Assembly: GCA_964016885.1 (NCBI GenBank)
Contig: OZ024766.1
Location: 12,648,001 to 12,712,000, forward strand
Reading direction: 5' to 3'
Length of the DNA stretch: 64,000 nt
Source of the DNA: Eledone cirrhosa
Lineage: Eukaryota
In this document: piece by piece, positions 56,827-64,000 of the stretch
Position numbering within the stretch: the first letter of the stretch is position 1
How the letters are laid out: every line of letters starts with the position of its first letter
The notes under the pieces: model-generated
What the model saw: only the letters and a program-made list of their open reading frames with translations
Databases searched by the model: none
Told to the model about the DNA's origin: nothing
Translations under genes and position numbers: made by a program

Positions 56827-57015
56827 ATAATTGTTTCTACGTTTGGCACAAGGTCAGCAATTACCCAGTGCATTACTGGTAATCAATTTTATCGACCCTG
56901 TAAGGATGAAAGGCAAAGTCAACCTCGGCGGGATTTGAACTCAGATTGTAAAGGGACGTAACTCTGCTAGAAAGTATGGCGTCCAACCCTCTGCCGATAC
57001 TGCCAATTCACCACC
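56827..57015 (-). mobile_element. Full-length SINE copy, near-identical to the preceding one
   Basis: Shares cagattgtaaagggacgtaactctgctagaaagtatggcgtccaaccctctgccgatactgccaat with 56,615-56,805. Confidence 0.85.
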
Positions 57016-57169
57016 CTTCAGTAAAAATAATGAAAATAAAATAATTCAAAAGGAATGAGTGCTACCTCTTGGTGTTTACCTACTGCCATTGATCGTTATA
57101 AATAATAGAGAGCTACAGATTTGACATTTGATCCTTGCCTTGTGTGTAATAAATGTGTTAGGTTTTGTG

Positions 57170-59039
57170 CACATACACACACACCTAATCACCCAGCTAC
57201 ACACATTCACCTCAACATACACACACACCCTCTCCTATACACCTAGCTACACACATTCACCTCAACACACACACACACACACATAAACACACGCACCCTC
57301 TCCTATACACCTAGCTACACACATTCACCTCAACACACACACACACACACATACACACACACACCCTCTCCTATACACCTAGCTACACACATTCACCTCA
57401 ACACACACACACATACACACACACACCCTCTCCTATATACCTAGCTACACACATTCACCTCAACACACACACACACACACATACACACACACACCCTCTC
57501 CTATACACCTAGCTACACACATTCACCTCAACATACACACACACACCCTCTCCTATACACCTAGCTACACACATTTACCTCAACACACACACACACACAC
57601 CCTCTCCTATACACCTAGCTACACACATTTACCTCAACATACACACACACACCCTCTCCTATACACCTAGCTACACACATTTACCTCAACACACACAGAC
57701 ACACACCCTCTCCTATACACCTAGCTACACACATTCACCTCAACATACACACACACACACACACCCTCTCCTATACACCTAGCTACACACATTTACCTCA
57801 ACACACACACACACCCTCTCCTATACACCTAGCTACACACATTCACCTCAACATACACACACACACACCCTCTCCTATACACCTAGCTACACACATTTAC
57901 CTCAACACACACACACACACACCCTCTCCTATACACCTAGCTACACACATTCACCTCAACACACACACACCCTCTCCTATACACCTAGCTACACACATTT
58001 ACCTCAACACACACACACACACACCCTCTCCTATACACCTAGCTACACACATTCACCTCAACACACACACACCCTCTCCTATACACCTAGCTACACACAT
58101 TTACCTGCAATACGCACACACACACCCTCTCCTATACACCTAGCTACACACATTTACCTCAACACACACACACACACCCTCTCCTATACACCTAGCTACA
58201 CACATTCACCTCAACATACACACACACACACCCTCTCCTATACACCTAGCTACACACATTTACCTCAACACACACACACACACACCCTCTCCTATACACC
58301 TAGCTACACACATTCACCTCAACACACACACACCCTCTCCTATACACCTAGCTACACACATTTACCTCAACATACACACACGCCCTCTCCTATACACCTA
58401 GCTACACACATTTACCTCAACATACACACACACCCTCTCCTATACAACTAGCTACACACATTTACCTCAACATACACACACACACACCCTCTCCTATACA
58501 CCTAGCTACACACATTTACCTCAACATACACACACACACACCCTCTTCTATACACCTAGCTACACACATTTACCTCAACATACACACACACCCTCTCCTA
58601 TACACCTAGCTACACACATTTACCTCAACATACACACACACACCCTCTCCTATACACCTAGCTACACACATTTACCTCAACACACACACACACCCTCTCC
58701 TATACACCTAGCTACACACATTTACCTCAACAGACACACACACACACCGTCTCCTATACACCTAGCTACACACATTTACCTCAACATACACATACACCCT
58801 CTCCTATACACCTAGCTACACACATTTACCTCAACACAGACACACACCCTCTCCTATACACCTAGCTACACACATTTACCTCAACACGCACACACACACC
58901 CTCTCCTATACACCTAGCTACACACATTCACTTCAACATACACACACACACCCTCTCCTATACACCTAGCTACACACATTTACCTCAACATACACACACA
59001 CACCCTCTCATATACACCTAGCTACACACGTTTACCTCA

Positions 59040-59070
<31 letters not shown>

Positions 59071-62000
59071 CTCCTATACACCTAGCTACACACATTTACC
59101 TCAACACACACACAGACACACACTCTCTCCTATACACCTAGCTACACACATTTACCTCAACACACACACACACCCTCTCCTATACACCTAGCTACACACA
59201 TTTACCTCAACATACACACACACACACACACACACACACCCTCTCCTATACACCTAGCTACACACATTTACCTCAACACACACACACACCCTCTCCTATA
59301 TACCTAGCTACACACATTCACCTCAACATACACACACACACACCCTCTCCTATACACCAAGCTACACACATTTACCTCAACATACACACACACACACCCT
59401 CTCCTATACACCTAGCTACACACATTTACCACAACACACACACACACCCTCTCCTATACACCTAGCTACACACATTTACCTCAACACACACACACACACA
59501 CCCTCTCCTATACACCTAGCTACACACATTTACCTCAACACACACACACACACACACACCCTCTCCTATACACCTAGCTACACACATTTAACTCGACACA
59601 CACACACACCCTCTCCTATACACCTAGCTACACACATTTACCTCAACATACACACACACACACCCTCTCCTATACACCTAGCTACACACATTTACCTCAA
59701 CATACACACACACCCTCTCCTATACACCTAGCTACACACATTTACCTCAACATACACACACACACACCCTCTCCTACACACCTAGCTACACACATTTACC
59801 TCAACACACACACACACACCCTCTCCTATACACCTAGCTACACACATTTACCTCAACATACACACACACACACACACACCCTCTCCTATACACCTAGCTA
59901 CACACATTCACCTCAACACACACACACACACCCTCTCCTATACACCTAGCTACACACATTTACCTCAACATACACACACACCCTCTCCTATACACCTAGC
60001 TACACACATTTACCTCAAAACACACACACACACACACCCTCTACTATACACCTAGCTACACACATTTACCTCACATACACATACACCCACTCCTATACAC
60101 CTAGCTACACACATTTACCTCAACACACACACACACCCTCTCCTATACACCTAGCTACACACATTTACCTCAACACACACACACCCTCTCCTATACACCT
60201 AGCTACACATATTTACCTCAACACACACACACACCCTCTCCTATACACCTAGCTACACACATTTACCTCAACATACACACACCCTCTCCTATACACCTAG
60301 CTACACACATTCACCTCAACATACACACACACACACGCTCTCCTATACACCTAGCTACACACATTTACCTCAACACACACACACACACCCTCTCCTATAC
60401 ACCTAGCTACACACATTTACCTCAACACACACACACACACACACCCTCTCCTATACACCTAGCTACACACATTTACCTCAACATACACACACACACCCTC
60501 TCCTATACACCTAGCTACACACATTTACCTCAACACACACACACACACACCCTCTCCTATACACCTAGCTACACAAATTCACCTCAACATACACACACAC
60601 ACACCCTCTCCTATACACCTAGCTACACACATTTACCTCAACACACACACACACACCCTCTCCTATACACCTAGCTACACACATTTACCTCAACATACAC
60701 ACACCCTCTCCTATACACCTAGCTACACACATTCACCTCAACATACACACACAACACCCTCTCCTATACACCTAGCTACACACATTTACCTCAACACACA
60801 CACACACACCCTCTCCTATACACCTAGCTACACACATTCACCTCAACACACACACACCCTCTCCTATACACCTAGCTACACACACTTACCTCAAAATACA
60901 CACACACACACCCTCTCCTATACACCTAGCTACACACATTTACCTCAACATACACACACACCCTCTCCTATACACCTAGCTACACACATTTACCTCAACA
61001 CACACACACACACCCTCTCCTATGCACCTAGCTACACACATTTACCTCAACATACACACACACACACACCCTCTCCTATACACCTAGCTTCACACATTCA
61101 CCTCAACACACACACACACACCCTCTCCTATACACCTAGCTACACACATTTACCTCAACATACACACACACACACCCTCTCCTATACACCTAGCTACACA
61201 CATTTACCTCAACACACACACACACCCTCTCCTATACACCTAGCTACACACATTCACCTCAACACACACACACACACACACCCTCTCCTATACACCTAGC
61301 TACACACATTTACCTCAACACACACACACACCCTCTCCTATACACCTAGCTACACACATTTACCTCAACATACACACACCCTCTCCTATACACCTAGCTA
61401 CACACATTTACCTCAACACACACACACACACACACACCCTCTCCTATACACCTAGCTACACACATTCACCTCAACATACACACACACACACCCTCTCCTA
61501 TACACCTAGCTACACACATTTACCTCAACATACACACACACACACCCTCTCCTATACACCTAGCTACACACATTTACCTCAACACACACACCCTCTCCTA
61601 TACACCTAGCTACACACATTCACCTCAACACACACACACACACCCTCTCCTATACACCTAGCTACACACATTTACCTCAACACACACACACACCCTCTCC
61701 TATACACCTAGCTACACACATTTACGTCAACATACACACACCCTCTCCTATACACCTAGCTACACACATTTACCTCAACACACACACACACACACACACA
61801 CCCTCTCCTATACACCTAGCTACACACATTCACCTCAACATACACACACACACACCCTCTCCTATACACCTAGCTACACACATTTACCTCAACACACACA
61901 CACACACACCCTCTCCTATACACCTAGCTACACACATTTACCTCAACATACACACACACCCTCTCCTATACACCTAGCTTCACACATTCACCTCAACACA

Positions 62001-64000
62001 CACACACACACCCTCTCCTATACACCTAGCTACACACATTTACCTCAACATACACACACACCCTCTCCTATACACCTAGCTACACACATTTACCTCAACA
62101 CACACACACACACCCTCTCCTATACACCTAGCTACACATATTTACCTCAACACACACACCCTCTCCTATACACCTAGCTACACACATTTACCTCAAAACA
62201 CACACACACCCTCTCCTATACACCTAGCTCTACATATTTACCTCAACACACACACACACACACACACCCTCTCCTATACACCTAGCTACACACATTCACC
62301 TCAACATACACACACACACACCCTCTCCTATACACCTAGCTACACACATTTACCTCAACATACACACACACACACCCTCTCCTATACACCTAGCTACACA
62401 CATTCCCCTCAACACACGCACACACACACACACCCTCTCCTATACACCTAGCTACACACATTCACCTCAACACACACACACACACCCTCTCCTATACACC
62501 TAGCTACACACATTTACCTCAACACACACACACACCCTCTCCTATACACCTAGCTACACACATTTACCTCAACACACACACACACACCCTCTCCTATACA
62601 CCTAGCTACACACATTTACCTCAACACACACACACACACACCCTCTCCTATACACCTAGCTACACACATTTACATCAACACACACACACACACCCTCTCC
62701 TATACACCTAGCTACACACATTTACCTCAACACACACACACACCCTCTCCTATACACCTAGCTACACACATTTACCTCAACACACACACACACACACTCT
62801 CCTATACACCTAGCTACACACATTTACCTCAACACACACACACACACCCTCTCCTATACACCTAGCTACACACATTTACCTCAACACACACACACACCCT
62901 CTCCTATACACCTAGCTACACACATTTACCTCAACATACACACACACACACACACCCTCTCCTATACACCTAGCTACACACATTTACCTCAACATACACA
63001 CACACACACACACCCTCTCCTATACACCTAGCTACACACATTCACCTCAACATACACACACACACACCCTCTCCTATACACCTAGCTACACACATTTACC
63101 TCAACATACACACACACACACCCTCTCCTATACACCTAGCTACACACATTTACCTCAACACACAAACACACACACCCTCTCCTATACACCTAGCTACACA
63201 CATTTACCTCAACACACACACCCTCTCCTATACACCTAGCTACACACATTTACCTCAACATACACACACACACACCCTCTCCTATACACATAGCTACACA
63301 CATTTACCTCAACATACACACACACCCTCTCCTATACACCTAGCTACACACATTCACCTCAACATACACACACACCCTCTCCTATACACCTAGCTACACA
63401 CATTTACCTCAAAATACACAAACACACACACCCTCTCCTATACACCTAGCTACACACATTTACCTCAACACACACACACACCCTCTCCTATACACCTAGC
63501 TACACACATTTACCTCAACACACACACACACACCCTCTCCTATAGACCTAGCTACACACATTTACCTCAACATACACACACACACACACCCTCTCCTATA
63601 CACCTAACTACACACATTTACCTCAACACACACACACACACACACACCCTCTCCTATACACCTAGCTACACACATTTACCTCAACACGCACACACACACC
63701 CTCTCCTATACACCTAGCTACACACATTTACCTCAACATACACACACACACCCTCTCCTATACACCTAGCTACACACATTTACCTCAACACACACACACA
63801 CACACCCTCTCCTATACACCTAGCTACACACATTTACCTCAACATACACACACCCTCTCCTATACACCTAGCTACACACATTCACCTCAACATACACACA
63901 CACACACCCTCTCCTATACACCTAGCTACACACATTTACCTCAACACACACACACACACCCTCTCCTATACACCTAGCTACACACATTTACCTCAACATA
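57170..64000. repeat. Compound minisatellite with a 38-bp core plus variable (CA)n, ~130 copies, open at the right window edge
   Basis: Core ccctctcctatacacctagctacacacatt(t/c)acctcaa followed by roughly 5-14 CA units, often starting cata. Confidence 0.96.

Noticed and set aside
57170-64000. Telomeric repeat
   Set aside because: It is C-rich but has no (CCCTAA)n units; it is a ~50-bp compound minisatellite.

Overview
Repeat-dominated eukaryotic DNA with no intact host gene. It is probably a coleoid cephalopod (Octopus-like), inferred from the SINE/RTE families and the zinc-finger style. Bases 1-~46,430 are a tandem satellite of roughly 590 monomers (77 and 82 bp, with rarer 63 and 74 bp forms). 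Read on the + strand, each monomer is the coding sequence of one C2H2 zinc finger (C-E-I-C-x12-H-K-R-P-H) with a frameshifted TGEK/TGERP linker. It therefore looks like a zinc-finger gene turned into satellite DNA, with nested higher-order duplications and one un-homogenised terminal finger at the right edge. The many 60-aa minus-strand ORFs are antisense artefacts. Bases 46.5-57.1 kb are a transposon graveyard: a mariner fragment, a 1,960-bp Chapaev3-like element with TIRs and TAA TSD, tRNA-derived SINEs, a 1-kb element with 182-bp inverted repeats around GC-rich cargo, a 66-bp MITE, an RTE LINE fragment and three minisatellites (51, 111 and 77 bp), two of them born from SINE pieces. Bases ~57.2-64 kb are a (CA)n-containing minisatellite that runs off the window. 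All counts and offsets were made by eye, and family names come from recalled motifs, not database searches.
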